Below are positions 9,472 to 18,598 of a stretch of 64,000 nucleotides of DNA, piece after piece; within the stretch, counting starts at the first letter, position 1; every line of letters begins with the position of its first letter. A model generated the notes under the pieces. That model was given only the letters and a program-made list of their open reading frames with translations, was not told where the DNA came from and ran no database searches. The position numbers and the translations under genes are program-made. The DNA is from a virus (lineage: Duplodnaviria; Caudoviricetes), in the IMG/VR virus record IMGVR_UViG_3300030330_002183, positions 32,001 through 96,000 of that record. The stretch is one strand, 5' to 3'.

Positions 9472-10734
9472 ATGGCACAAGTAAATTTAAACATTGATGA
9501 ATTAAAAGGTTTTGTTAACCACATAGTAAAGAACAATAGGTTCTTACAAGAAGGAGGTAAAAATCCTGTAGCTGTTGAAGTAGTAGGTGAATCAGGTATT
9601 GGTAAAACTACAGCTGTATTACAGTTAGCTAAAGAGAATAATCTTAATTTTGTTAAGCTTAATCTTGCACAGATTGAAGAGTTGGGTGACCTTGTAGGTT
9701 TTCCAGTTCGTCAGTTTCAAATGTACAAAGAGAAGCAAGTAGCAAAGAAGATTGATGATCTTAATTATACTGCAGCACAGAAAGCTGCGGCTGCTGCACA
9801 AGTTGGTAATGCTGCTGTTACAAAGAAAGTTGGACAGTGGGTTGATGAACTTGCAGTTGAGGAGTATCTTAGACAAGGTTGGAAGATGACCGGTAAGAAT
9901 AGAATGTCTTACTGTGCACCTGAGTGGATTGCAGACAAAAAAGATGGAGGTATACTTCTTCTTGATGACTGGAACCGTGCAGATGTTAGATTCATACAGG
10001 CTGTTATGGAACTTGTAGATAGACAGCAATATATTTCTTGGTCTTTACCAAAAGACTGGCATATTATATTAACTAGTAATCCAGATAATGGAGACTACAT
10101 GGTTAATAGTATTGACTCAGCACAAAAGACTAGATATATTACTGCTAATCTTAAGTTTGATGTAGAGGTATGGGCTCGTTGGGCAGAAGAAGAAGGTATT
10201 GATACTAGATGTATTAACTTCTTGTTATTACACCCAGAGCTTGTAACACAGGAGACTAATGCAAGATCTATTACAGCATTCTTTAATGCTATATCTAGCT
10301 TTGAATCTTTTGAAGACAACTTATCTATGATCCAAATGATTGGTGAAGGTAGTGTTGGTGATGCATTTGCATCTATGTTTACTACATTTATTAATAATAA
10401 GCTTGACAAGCTTGTAACACCTAAAGATTTATTGACTCATGATAATGAGCAATATATTCTTGGTGAACTAAGAGGTTGTGTTGGTAAAGATGATACATAT
10501 AGAGCAGACATTGCATCAACTCTGGCTACCAGATTGGCAAACTATTCTGTTGTATATTCTAAAGAAAACACTGTCTCACAAAAAATTACTGATAGATTGA
10601 TTGCACTTTGTACTAAAGATTATTTTACTGATGATCTTAAGTATCTTGTTGTGCGTACAATTTTTAACGGTAATAAATCTAAGTTTAATAAAATGATGAT
10701 GAATCCTGAAATCATCAAAATGACCGTAAAATAA
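9472..10734 (+). CDS. MoxR-like AAA+ ATPase
   Basis: GESGIGKT Walker A, LLLDDWNRA Walker B, TSNP sensor; next to the vWA gene. Confidence 0.85.
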   Translation: MAQVNLNIDELKGFVNHIVKNNRFLQEGGKNPVAVEVVGESGIGKTTAVLQLAKENNLNFVKLNLAQIEELGDLVGFPVRQFQMYKEKQVAKKIDDLNYTAAQKAAAAAQVGNAAVTKKVGQWVDELAVEEYLRQGWKMTGKNRMSYCAPEWIADKKDGGILLLDDWNRADVRFIQAVMELVDRQQYISWSLPKDWHIILTSNPDNGDYMVNSIDSAQKTRYITANLKFDVEVWARWAEEEGIDTRCINFLLLHPELVTQETNARSITAFFNAISSFESFEDNLSMIQMIGEGSVGDAFASMFTTFINNKLDKLVTPKDLLTHDNEQYILGELRGCVGKDDTYRADIASTLATRLANYSVVYSKENTVSQKITDRLIALCTKDYFTDDLKYLVVRTIFNGNKSKFNKMMMNPEIIKMTVK

Positions 10735-10735
10735 T

Positions 10736-11779
10736 ATGGCAAGAGCAATACACCAGGAGTTTAATCCTGATGCTATTGAACATTTCTCTATTGACTGTGA
10801 CCCTTATGGGGTCATGGTTGATAGAAATGGCACAATAGAAACCGTTTATATTGATGAGTCAAACTATACTTCTAAGAAAATAGAAGAAATTCTTGACAAA
10901 AGAGATTGTGATGTTCAACCGGACATGACACTATATAAAAAAGCATTTGTACTTCCTAATTGCCCTGTTTCTACTGACAGAATTAAAGCTGCATTAAAAG
11001 AACATAGTATAAGTATTACTAAAGATCTTGATGCTGCTGATGTTATAATATCTCATAGTTATATTAGTACACAAACAGAGACATCTGAAAATATTAATCA
11101 CAATTATTTATTAAATACTATATATAATCATGATTCTATTGATAGTGGATGTACAGAAGTTGATGATTATTGTGCAGCAAACGCAAGAGGTAATGAATTA
11201 GCTAGAGTTATATATTGTAGCAAAGTTCTAGAAGGATTTGTTGGTAACTATAAAGCTAACAGATTAGAGTTTCCTTATGATGCATATATGATCACTGGTC
11301 TTGCAGTTAATGCTGCGTATGCAGTTGAAATGGGTAAGCCAATATTTGATGTAGAAAAAGTTATGCATCAGTCAGCTACTAAAATTAAATTAGATGAAAG
11401 ACTTTTACAAGATCTAATATCTATGAAAAATAGTGGTTCTGGTGATGACTGGAATATGATAGGAGCTATACTACCTACCATTGATTATAGATATAATCAC
11501 CATTTACTATGGACATTATCTTATGAACTGTATAGTAACATGTACATGTATAATAGGAATAAAGATGTTCAGTATTGGAAGAGGGCGTCTAGAATAGATG
11601 AGTATTATCATAGGTCTGCACTGGATCAAATCCAGTGGATGAAAGAAGAAGATACTCTTAACAAAGAATCTTTTAAGTATTTAGAATCTATTGTTAGAAA
11701 AGAAATAAGAATAGATAATAGAGACTTGTATGTATTTAAAGTAAGTGTTAAACCAGAATATAAAAAGTATTTAAAATGA
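10736..11779 (+). CDS. hypothetical protein with BRCT-like segment
   Basis: AFVLPNCPVSTDRIKAALKEHSISITKDLDAADVIIS follows a BRCT-like beta-alpha-beta-beta pattern. Confidence 0.55.
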   Translation: MARAIHQEFNPDAIEHFSIDCDPYGVMVDRNGTIETVYIDESNYTSKKIEEILDKRDCDVQPDMTLYKKAFVLPNCPVSTDRIKAALKEHSISITKDLDAADVIISHSYISTQTETSENINHNYLLNTIYNHDSIDSGCTEVDDYCAANARGNELARVIYCSKVLEGFVGNYKANRLEFPYDAYMITGLAVNAAYAVEMGKPIFDVEKVMHQSATKIKLDERLLQDLISMKNSGSGDDWNMIGAILPTIDYRYNHHLLWTLSYELYSNMYMYNRNKDVQYWKRASRIDEYYHRSALDQIQWMKEEDTLNKESFKYLESIVRKEIRIDNRDLYVFKVSVKPEYKKYLK

Positions 11780-12954
11780 AAAAGTTATATGAAATAGAAA
11801 TAGCTGGAGGTACGCAAAGTGATTTTAGATTTATTGTAAGACACATGGGTTATTATGCCGGAGTTAGAGATTCTAATCGTTCTAGTAGTAAATTAGTTCA
11901 AAACTTAGTTGATTGTAAAGAACCTGATTCTGCATGGTTAACTGCTAATGTTGATAAAGTTTATAGATTACCACATCTACAATTATCTAGAGATAAATTA
12001 TCTATATTACAAGAAAAATGTAATTTTAAAACTACACGTAATATAGATGATGCACAATTAGTGATTGTAGGTGATAAGACTATAGATAAATGTATAAAAA
12101 TTTATTGGGGTGGTTCAGATCAAATGACTAATGACAAAAGATCTGAATTATTAGAAATTGTACGTAGTTCTAGAATATCTCAAGAGCATATAGATTTAGT
12201 GGCAAAAGAATTATTACATATTGAAAGTAATTCACATATTATGGTATCAAATGGTTATTACTATCATTCTACGCAAAATGTTTATACAGATTTGATAGAA
12301 AAATTTACCGGAAGTGTGCGTTCACAGTCACGTAATTATGTAGAATTTGTACCTACAGAAATGTATGAACATTACAATAACATAATTAATTCTAATTATA
12401 CATATGTTAGTGATGAACACATGAATAAGTTATGTACAGAAGATTCTATTATCATAGATAAAGAATCATTTAAAAATATACATAAACTTGTTACATCTCC
12501 AGATAAAGAAAATATTAGTGTTGGATTAAGTATGATGGCTAATTGTAATGAAGAGGCATCAAAAACATATCTTGCATTATTATTTGCATTTGATTCTGAG
12601 AATATGAAAGTATCTAATGTATGGAATACCGTTAACTTTAAATCCTTAAGAAAAGTATATAGTAAATATATTGACATACAATTAAGTCAATGGGGGCATG
12701 CATATGACATATTAATTAAAAATATGTGTAAAGATAAATGTCTTACTATGTTTGCGTCAAGAGTAATTGCTAATACTATGTTTAAACGTGTATTAGTAGG
12801 TTATTCTGGTGCAGGCACAAGAGAGAGTGTCTTTACATTGAATGCATCTGATCTTAAACTTAAACCGGAGTTTGCAGATCAACTTGTTAGTGATGTAGAT
12901 ACCAATTTGGTAAATGTTATTAATGCTGGTAGCCATAATGATTTACCTTTTTAG
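11776..12954 (+). CDS. hypothetical protein with BRCT-like segment and C-terminal DLPF
   Basis: VYRLPHLQLSRDKLSILQEKCNFKTTRNIDDAQLVIVG aligns with the preceding gene; ends HNDLPF. Confidence 0.55.
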   Translation: MKKLYEIEIAGGTQSDFRFIVRHMGYYAGVRDSNRSSSKLVQNLVDCKEPDSAWLTANVDKVYRLPHLQLSRDKLSILQEKCNFKTTRNIDDAQLVIVGDKTIDKCIKIYWGGSDQMTNDKRSELLEIVRSSRISQEHIDLVAKELLHIESNSHIMVSNGYYYHSTQNVYTDLIEKFTGSVRSQSRNYVEFVPTEMYEHYNNIINSNYTYVSDEHMNKLCTEDSIIIDKESFKNIHKLVTSPDKENISVGLSMMANCNEEASKTYLALLFAFDSENMKVSNVWNTVNFKSLRKVYSKYIDIQLSQWGHAYDILIKNMCKDKCLTMFASRVIANTMFKRVLVGYSGAGTRESVFTLNASDLKLKPEFADQLVSDVDTNLVNVINAGSHNDLPF

Positions 12955-12974
12955 TTTAGTGTGAATTTACCAGC

Positions 12975-13032
12975 GGTAAGAAAGTACGGGTTAGGTTTAT
13001 AATATCTTGTGGAAGCCCGTGCTTCTCTTACC
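12975..13032 (+). other. long intergenic stem-loop
   Basis: GGTAAGAAAGTACGGGTT...AGCCCGTGCTTCTCTTACC pairs with G-U wobbles and one bulge. Confidence 0.6.
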
Positions 13033-13047
13033 ATTTAAATTTTAATT

Positions 13048-14043
13048 ATGAAAAAAGATCCAATAAAAGAAGAAGAATTTTACAACAAGGATTATAAGTT
13101 TAGTTATTCATCATTGAATAAACTATTGTTTAGTCCATCACTTTTTTATAAAGATTATATCCTTAAAGAAAGGGAAGAAAAGACAGATAAGCACCTTATT
13201 GAAGGCAAGCTATTACATCTGTTGTTATTACAACCTGAAAAACTACATGAAGAATTTTCTATTGTTCCTAATAAAATACCTTCAGATAATGTTAGACGTG
13301 TTTTAAATCAAGTTAAACAAACTGCACATTTAAATGTAGTACCAGATCTTGAAGATCATGAACCTGAGATTATAACTGCATTACAACATCAGAACTTATA
13401 TCAGTCTATCAAAGATGACTCAAAGAGATTAGCAAAGATACTTACGGATGACAACAAAGAGTATTTTAAATTTCTACTTGAATCAAAAGGTAAAGACATT
13501 ATAGATAATGACATGCTTGCAAAAGCAAAAGAAAGAGTAGATATTATTAAAGACAATAAAGATGTATCATCTTTACTTGAAGTATCTGTTACTGACTTTG
13601 AAATAGATCCTGTTGAAGCATGGAATGAGAAATATTTAGAATGTGATTTAAAAGATTATAAATTTGGTCTTAAGGGTTATGTTGATAGATATGTTATTGA
13701 TCATGAATCAAAAGAAATAACTATTATAGATTTTAAAACAACATCTAAAAGTTTAGACAAGTTTGCAGAGACAGTTGATTATTATAACTATTGGATGCAA
13801 GCAGTTATTTACATTACATTGGTGATAAAAAATTCTATTGAAGATGTAAGTAATTATAAAATTACTTTTAATTTTGTTGTCATAGATAACTATGATCAAG
13901 TATATATATTTGATGTTAGTGATAACACACTAAGAGAGTGGTATGATGGTTTTGAAGCAACATTAAAAGAAGCTAATTACCATTATGAAAAAAAAGATTA
14001 TAGTTTACCATATGAATTTGCTAAAGGTAATGTAGTGTTATAG
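13048..14043 (+). CDS. PD-(D/E)XK exonuclease (RecE/ExoVIII-like)
   Basis: SYSSL N-terminus, G.LLH, KGYVDRY...IIDFKTT, Y.YWMQA..Y. Confidence 0.85.
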   Translation: MKKDPIKEEEFYNKDYKFSYSSLNKLLFSPSLFYKDYILKEREEKTDKHLIEGKLLHLLLLQPEKLHEEFSIVPNKIPSDNVRRVLNQVKQTAHLNVVPDLEDHEPEIITALQHQNLYQSIKDDSKRLAKILTDDNKEYFKFLLESKGKDIIDNDMLAKAKERVDIIKDNKDVSSLLEVSVTDFEIDPVEAWNEKYLECDLKDYKFGLKGYVDRYVIDHESKEITIIDFKTTSKSLDKFAETVDYYNYWMQAVIYITLVIKNSIEDVSNYKITFNFVVIDNYDQVYIFDVSDNTLREWYDGFEATLKEANYHYEKKDYSLPYEFAKGNVVL

Positions 14044-14606
14044 TGAAAGGACTGTATAAAGAATATTTTCAAAAAAGTAAAGTCTTTCTTTATCCTTTGT
14101 TAGGTATTAAGAAAGGGGTTAGGTTTGTTCCTGTACAAACATATGTTAGCTGGGGTGATAGCTACGCTGAGTATAGGAACAAACTAATCTGTCTTTATAC
14201 ATTAGACAAAGATAATATTGATGAATTTGAAATATTCAGTGAAATCTATTTAGAATCTTCAGAATATTATGTTGCTAAAGATAGATTTAGCATGTATAAT
14301 TTTATTTTTATTTTTGATTTAAAACCTTATAGAGTTGATTACAAAAGATTTTTAAATGGTAAATATTCAAAAATGAGAAAAAAGACTAAAGAAACCATAA
14401 TAGGTTTTTTTGGTGAGTATGGAAATACTGGTGAATATATAGAAAGTTATCTATATCCTGGTTACTACTGGGAAGACTATGCTATGTTATTAAATGTCAG
14501 TGAGGAAGATTTAAAAAAAGTTGGTGAGTTATGTAGTAAACCAGACTTTGATAAAGAAAACCTAACTGAAGACTTGGAAATTATAAAAAAAGAATTAAAT
14601 TTGTAA
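14043..14606 (+). CDS. conserved-looking hypothetical phage protein
   Basis: GTG start; KSKVFLYPLLG and FLNGKYSKM motifs. Confidence 0.65.
   Translation: MKGLYKEYFQKSKVFLYPLLGIKKGVRFVPVQTYVSWGDSYAEYRNKLICLYTLDKDNIDEFEIFSEIYLESSEYYVAKDRFSMYNFIFIFDLKPYRVDYKRFLNGKYSKMRKKTKETIIGFFGEYGNTGEYIESYLYPGYYWEDYAMLLNVSEEDLKKVGELCSKPDFDKENLTEDLEIIKKELNL
14596..14603 (+). promoter_or_regulatory. Bacteroidota -7 promoter box candidate
   Basis: TAAATTTG about 20 nt upstream of the ATG at 14623. Confidence 0.4.
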
Positions 14607-14622
14607 AAAAAATAAAACTGAT

Positions 14623-15072
14623 ATGGCAAAGAAAACTAAAAAGTATGTAGAGGAAAACCCAAAGACTATGATGTTAATCAAGAGTGCATTTGGCTCTATG
14701 AAAAGTTTTAAATTGATTCCTATCCATAATGATTGTCCTTATGTAGAATGTTTATTCTCACCAAGTGAAAAAATTATGGTAGTAATCTCTAAATTTATGA
14801 AGCAAAGTTATCATATGGTTCCTAGACTAGATGATAATGGAGATCAAGTTCCTGTTAAAGGAAGACCAAGACCAAACGGTAAAGATTTTAGAGAAGAAAG
14901 AAGAGCAATGGATACTTGTTCAGAGCACTATGTAGTTACTGAAGAAGAGATCAGAGAGTTAATTCAAATGTTTGCTGTAAATCCAGATGCATTTGACTTA
15001 GATGAGTTTTTCTTAGAAGAAAGTAATATAGTTGGTGGTTCAGCTGAGAAACCAATAATTGCTGCTGTATAA
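14623..15072 (+). CDS. hypothetical protein
   Basis: 149-aa ORF followed by a terminator. Confidence 0.7.
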   Translation: MAKKTKKYVEENPKTMMLIKSAFGSMKSFKLIPIHNDCPYVECLFSPSEKIMVVISKFMKQSYHMVPRLDDNGDQVPVKGRPRPNGKDFREERRAMDTCSEHYVVTEEEIRELIQMFAVNPDAFDLDEFFLEESNIVGGSAEKPIIAAV

Positions 15073-15091
15073 TTTATTAACCCCAAATTTG

Positions 15092-15116
15092 AGGGAGCTA
15101 CGGCTCCCTTTTTTTT
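15092..15116 (+). terminator. rho-independent terminator
   Basis: AGGGAGC-TACG-GCTCCCT followed by a T run. Confidence 0.85.
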
Positions 15117-15133
15117 GCACTAAATTTTAAAAC

Positions 15134-15283
15134 ATGACTGGATTAGCAATACTAATAGGTATTTATATAATATTTAGATTAGCAAAACATGCTCTTCATC
15201 AAGGTAGAAGAATAGAAGAACAAAAAAAGTTAATTGAAAATATGACTAAATGGGAAGAAAAAAATAAAAAAGATAAATCATGA
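15134..15283 (+). CDS. small membrane protein (49 aa)
   Basis: Read manually: MTGLAILIGIYIIFRLAKH...; the TGA overlaps the polymerase ATG (ATGA). Confidence 0.55.
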   Translation: MTGLAILIGIYIIFRLAKHALHQGRRIEEQKKLIENMTKWEEKNKKDKS

Positions 15284-17181
15284 ACCATTGGATAATGGAC
15301 TATGAGACTTTGTCAAATTGTTTTGTTGGTGTATTTAAACACTATAAAACTGATGAGACACATATATTCTCTGTATGTTCATTACAGAATGATTATGATA
15401 AGTTCATAGACTTCCTAAAACAAAATATAGAAAATAGAGAGTGGCATATATCCTATAATGGACTAGCGTTTGATGCCCAAATAACTCACAATATAATTAA
15501 AAACCATGAAAACCTGAAGCTCATGGATGGAGAAAGCATAGCAGAAGAGATTTATACATATGCTCAATCCTGTATTGATAGATCTAATAAAAATGAGTTT
15601 CAAGAGTTTCCAGAATGGCATATGTCTATTAAACAAATAGATGTATACAAACTTAATCATTGGGACAATATGGCTAAAAGGTCTAGTCTTAAATGGATTC
15701 AATATAGTATGGACTGGGATAATATGGTTGATATGCCATTGCCTCATGATACAAATATAACAACTAAACAACAGCTTGATATGATTGTTGGTTATTGTAT
15801 TAATGATGTTGACTCAACCAAAGAAATATTTAATCAATGTAAACCTTTGATTGCTTTGCGTAAGAATCTGACTGATCAGTATGGTATTAATTTATACAGT
15901 GCATCAGAGCCAAGGATTAGTAAAGAGTTATTTGCATATTATCTTGGAAAAGAACTTGGTATACCTAAGTATGAATTAAAAAAACTTAGAACATATAGAA
16001 ATGTTATTAAGGTAAAAGATATTATACTAGACTATATTGAGTTTGCAACACCAGAGTTTAATAATCTTCTTGACAAATTTAAAACTGTAGAGATAAATCC
16101 AAACTTTACTAAAGGTGGATTTAAATATTCAGTTATATACAAGGATGTTAAAACAGACTTTGGCTTGGGTGGTGCACATGGTTGTAACAAACCGGGTGTT
16201 TATGAATCAGATGAAGATAATATTATTATGTCTTCAGATGTTGCCAGTTTCTATCCTAACCTTGCAATTAAGAATAAGATTGCACCTGCACATCTAGATA
16301 AGAAAGCATTCTGTGATCTGTATGAGTGGTTCTTTACAGAAAGAAAAAAGATTCCTAAGAGTAATCCTATGAACTATGTATATAAAATTATACTTAACAG
16401 TACATATGGCCTTAGTAATGACAAAAACTCTTTCCTGTATGATCCGCAGTTTACTATGTTTATTACTATTAATGGTCAACTTACGCTGATGATGCTATAT
16501 GAAATGATCTGTGAAGCTATTCCAGAAGCCATTCCATTGATGCAAAATACAGATGGTGTTGAGACAGTAATACCTAGATCTAAAAAGCAAATATACTTAG
16601 ATGTATGTAAAAAGTGGGAGGAGATAACTAGTTTATCTCTTGAGCACGGTACATATTCTAAACTTGTTCTTGCTGATGTCAATAATTATATTGCAGTAGA
16701 TGAAGATGGTAAAGCTAAATGTAAGGGACGGTTTGAATTTGAAGATTTAGCTCTTCACAAAAACAAATCTAAACTAATCATTCCAAAAGCATTGTATGCA
16801 TACTTTGTTGATGGAACTTTACCAGAAGAAACACTTAAGAATAATAATAATATACTTGATTATTGTATTGGTGGTAAATCAAAAGGTAATTGGCAACAAG
16901 TTGCTAGATCTATAGAACATAACCAACCTGTAGAATATAAACTACAGAAAATAAATAGATATTATATCTCTAACAGTGGTTGTAAAATAATCAAAGTCAA
17001 TAAAAATGATAAGAGAGAAATACAACTAGAAGCAGGTAGATGGATGCAAACTATTATGAATGATATAGAGCACAAAGAATGGGCTTTATATGATATTAAT
17101 GAAAAGTATTATCTAGATGCTATTGAAAGAGAAATTAATAATATCATTGGAATACAGAGCAATCAACTCTTGTTATTCTGA
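15280..17181 (+). CDS. polB: family B DNA polymerase with 3'-5' exonuclease
   Basis: Exo motifs DYE, YNGLAFD, YCINDV; polymerase motifs DVASFYPN, KIILNSTYG, NTDG. Confidence 0.92.
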   Translation: MNHWIMDYETLSNCFVGVFKHYKTDETHIFSVCSLQNDYDKFIDFLKQNIENREWHISYNGLAFDAQITHNIIKNHENLKLMDGESIAEEIYTYAQSCIDRSNKNEFQEFPEWHMSIKQIDVYKLNHWDNMAKRSSLKWIQYSMDWDNMVDMPLPHDTNITTKQQLDMIVGYCINDVDSTKEIFNQCKPLIALRKNLTDQYGINLYSASEPRISKELFAYYLGKELGIPKYELKKLRTYRNVIKVKDIILDYIEFATPEFNNLLDKFKTVEINPNFTKGGFKYSVIYKDVKTDFGLGGAHGCNKPGVYESDEDNIIMSSDVASFYPNLAIKNKIAPAHLDKKAFCDLYEWFFTERKKIPKSNPMNYVYKIILNSTYGLSNDKNSFLYDPQFTMFITINGQLTLMMLYEMICEAIPEAIPLMQNTDGVETVIPRSKKQIYLDVCKKWEEITSLSLEHGTYSKLVLADVNNYIAVDEDGKAKCKGRFEFEDLALHKNKSKLIIPKALYAYFVDGTLPEETLKNNNNILDYCIGGKSKGNWQQVARSIEHNQPVEYKLQKINRYYISNSGCKIIKVNKNDKREIQLEAGRWMQTIMNDIEHKEWALYDINEKYYLDAIEREINNIIGIQSNQLLLF

Positions 17182-17192
17182 TACAAAATCAG

Positions 17193-17200
17193 TATATTTG
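17193..17200 (+). promoter_or_regulatory. Bacteroidota -7 promoter box candidate
   Basis: TATATTTG 18 nt upstream of the ATG at 17219. Confidence 0.5.
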
Positions 17201-17218
17201 AATTTAAAATTTTAAAAA

Positions 17219-18121
17219 ATGGGATACAAAAAACCAACTAGTTGCAGTGCAGATCATCTGGCTGCAGCTAAGTTCCCAAATCATGGGAGCACATACACAG
17301 TAATACGTCACAAATTTCTTATTGATGCTAGCAGAAGCCTATTAAAAACACATGGTTTTGATATTGTCAATGAAGAGTATAAAGCTACAGGAGATTGTAA
17401 TATAGCACAAGGTATTTATCATATCAAGTCACAAAAAGATCCTGAGTTAGGTATGATGTTTGCCTGGACCAATAGTTATAATAAACAAATTAGATTTCAA
17501 TGTGGTATTGGAGCCTACGTATTTGTTTGTAATAACGGAATGGTAGCAGGTGACATGTCAACCTATGCAAGAAAACATACAGGTAATGCTGACTCTGAAG
17601 CATTCAATCAAATAATGTCACAAATAAAAAATGCTAATAAGCATTATACAAAGCTTATCAATGATAAGGATTCAATGAAGAATGTTACTATGTCTAATAA
17701 AGAGCAGGCAGAACTAGTGGGACGTTTATTTATTGAGGAAGAGTTAGTAGATAGCAGTCAAGTTTCTTGCATCAAAAAAGAGATGAATAAACCATCATAT
17801 CAATATGGTGTTGGACAAGACACAGCATGGGCATTTTATAATCATGTTACACATGCATTAAAGATGTCACATCCTAGGTCATGGATGTCTGATCAACAAA
17901 AGTTTCATGAGTTTATGATTGCAGAATGTTTAAGTCAATCTACAATACAAACTACTGATACAAATAATGTTGAGTCAGACCCAATAGATCCTAATCAACT
18001 TACAATTGATCAGCAGATAGCTGAAGTAGATGCTGGAGAATATACTTCTGAACTACCAGTTGAGCCAGAAGAGGCCGGTTTTATTGAGGTTGATGAAGAA
18101 ACCTTTGATTTTGAAATGTAA
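17219..18121 (+). CDS. DUF932/DUF945-like protein
   Basis: NSYNK...GAYVFVCNNGM...RKHTG and TAWAFYNHVT motifs; acidic tail. Confidence 0.75.
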   Translation: MGYKKPTSCSADHLAAAKFPNHGSTYTVIRHKFLIDASRSLLKTHGFDIVNEEYKATGDCNIAQGIYHIKSQKDPELGMMFAWTNSYNKQIRFQCGIGAYVFVCNNGMVAGDMSTYARKHTGNADSEAFNQIMSQIKNANKHYTKLINDKDSMKNVTMSNKEQAELVGRLFIEEELVDSSQVSCIKKEMNKPSYQYGVGQDTAWAFYNHVTHALKMSHPRSWMSDQQKFHEFMIAECLSQSTIQTTDTNNVESDPIDPNQLTIDQQIAEVDAGEYTSELPVEPEEAGFIEVDEETFDFEM

Positions 18122-18138
18122 TCTGAGTCATGTCAGAC

Positions 18139-18196
18139 AGTGTTAAGAGTCTTGTATAACTTTTTATAGTATTTAGTTATACAAACTCTTTTCACT
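18139..18196. other. long AT-rich inverted repeat / hairpin
   Basis: AGTG..AAGAGT(C)TTGTATAACT...AGTTATACAAACTCTT..CACT. Confidence 0.65.
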
Positions 18197-18211
18197 TTAA
18201 TATTATATTAT

Positions 18212-18598
18212 ATGAAATTAATAACAACACATCCAATTAAAAAATCTGATTTAGGTTTTCATGCTAATCTATTTGGAGGAAAACTTTTAGCTTGGTTAGA
18301 CGCAGCAGGTGCAGCATATGCTATGCAAGTATGTGATACACCGCGTATGGTTACAGTAATGATAGATAAATGTATATTTAAAAAACCTGCAAAAGAAGGA
18401 CAACTTATAAAAATATATGGTAAAGTTGTACATATTGGTAATACTTCTATTACATTTTATTTAGAAGCAAGAGTGCACAATGTATATTCAGGTGATCAAT
18501 CTGTTATACTATCAACTAATATAAGATTTGTTAGAATAGATGAAAACAATGATCCTATACCAATATCAGATAAAGTAAAAAAACAATATGCAATATAA
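18212..18598 (+). CDS. acyl-CoA thioesterase (hotdog fold, YciA-like)
   Basis: NLFGGKLLAWLDAAG, VTV.ID...F.KP, GNTSI, FVRIDE...P.PI. Confidence 0.88.
   Translation: MKLITTHPIKKSDLGFHANLFGGKLLAWLDAAGAAYAMQVCDTPRMVTVMIDKCIFKKPAKEGQLIKIYGKVVHIGNTSITFYLEARVHNVYSGDQSVILSTNIRFVRIDENNDPIPISDKVKKQYAI

Noticed and set aside
13048-14043. Cas4 / CRISPR association
   Set aside because: Lacks the four-Cys Fe-S motif; no array or cas genes; fits a phage recombination exonuclease
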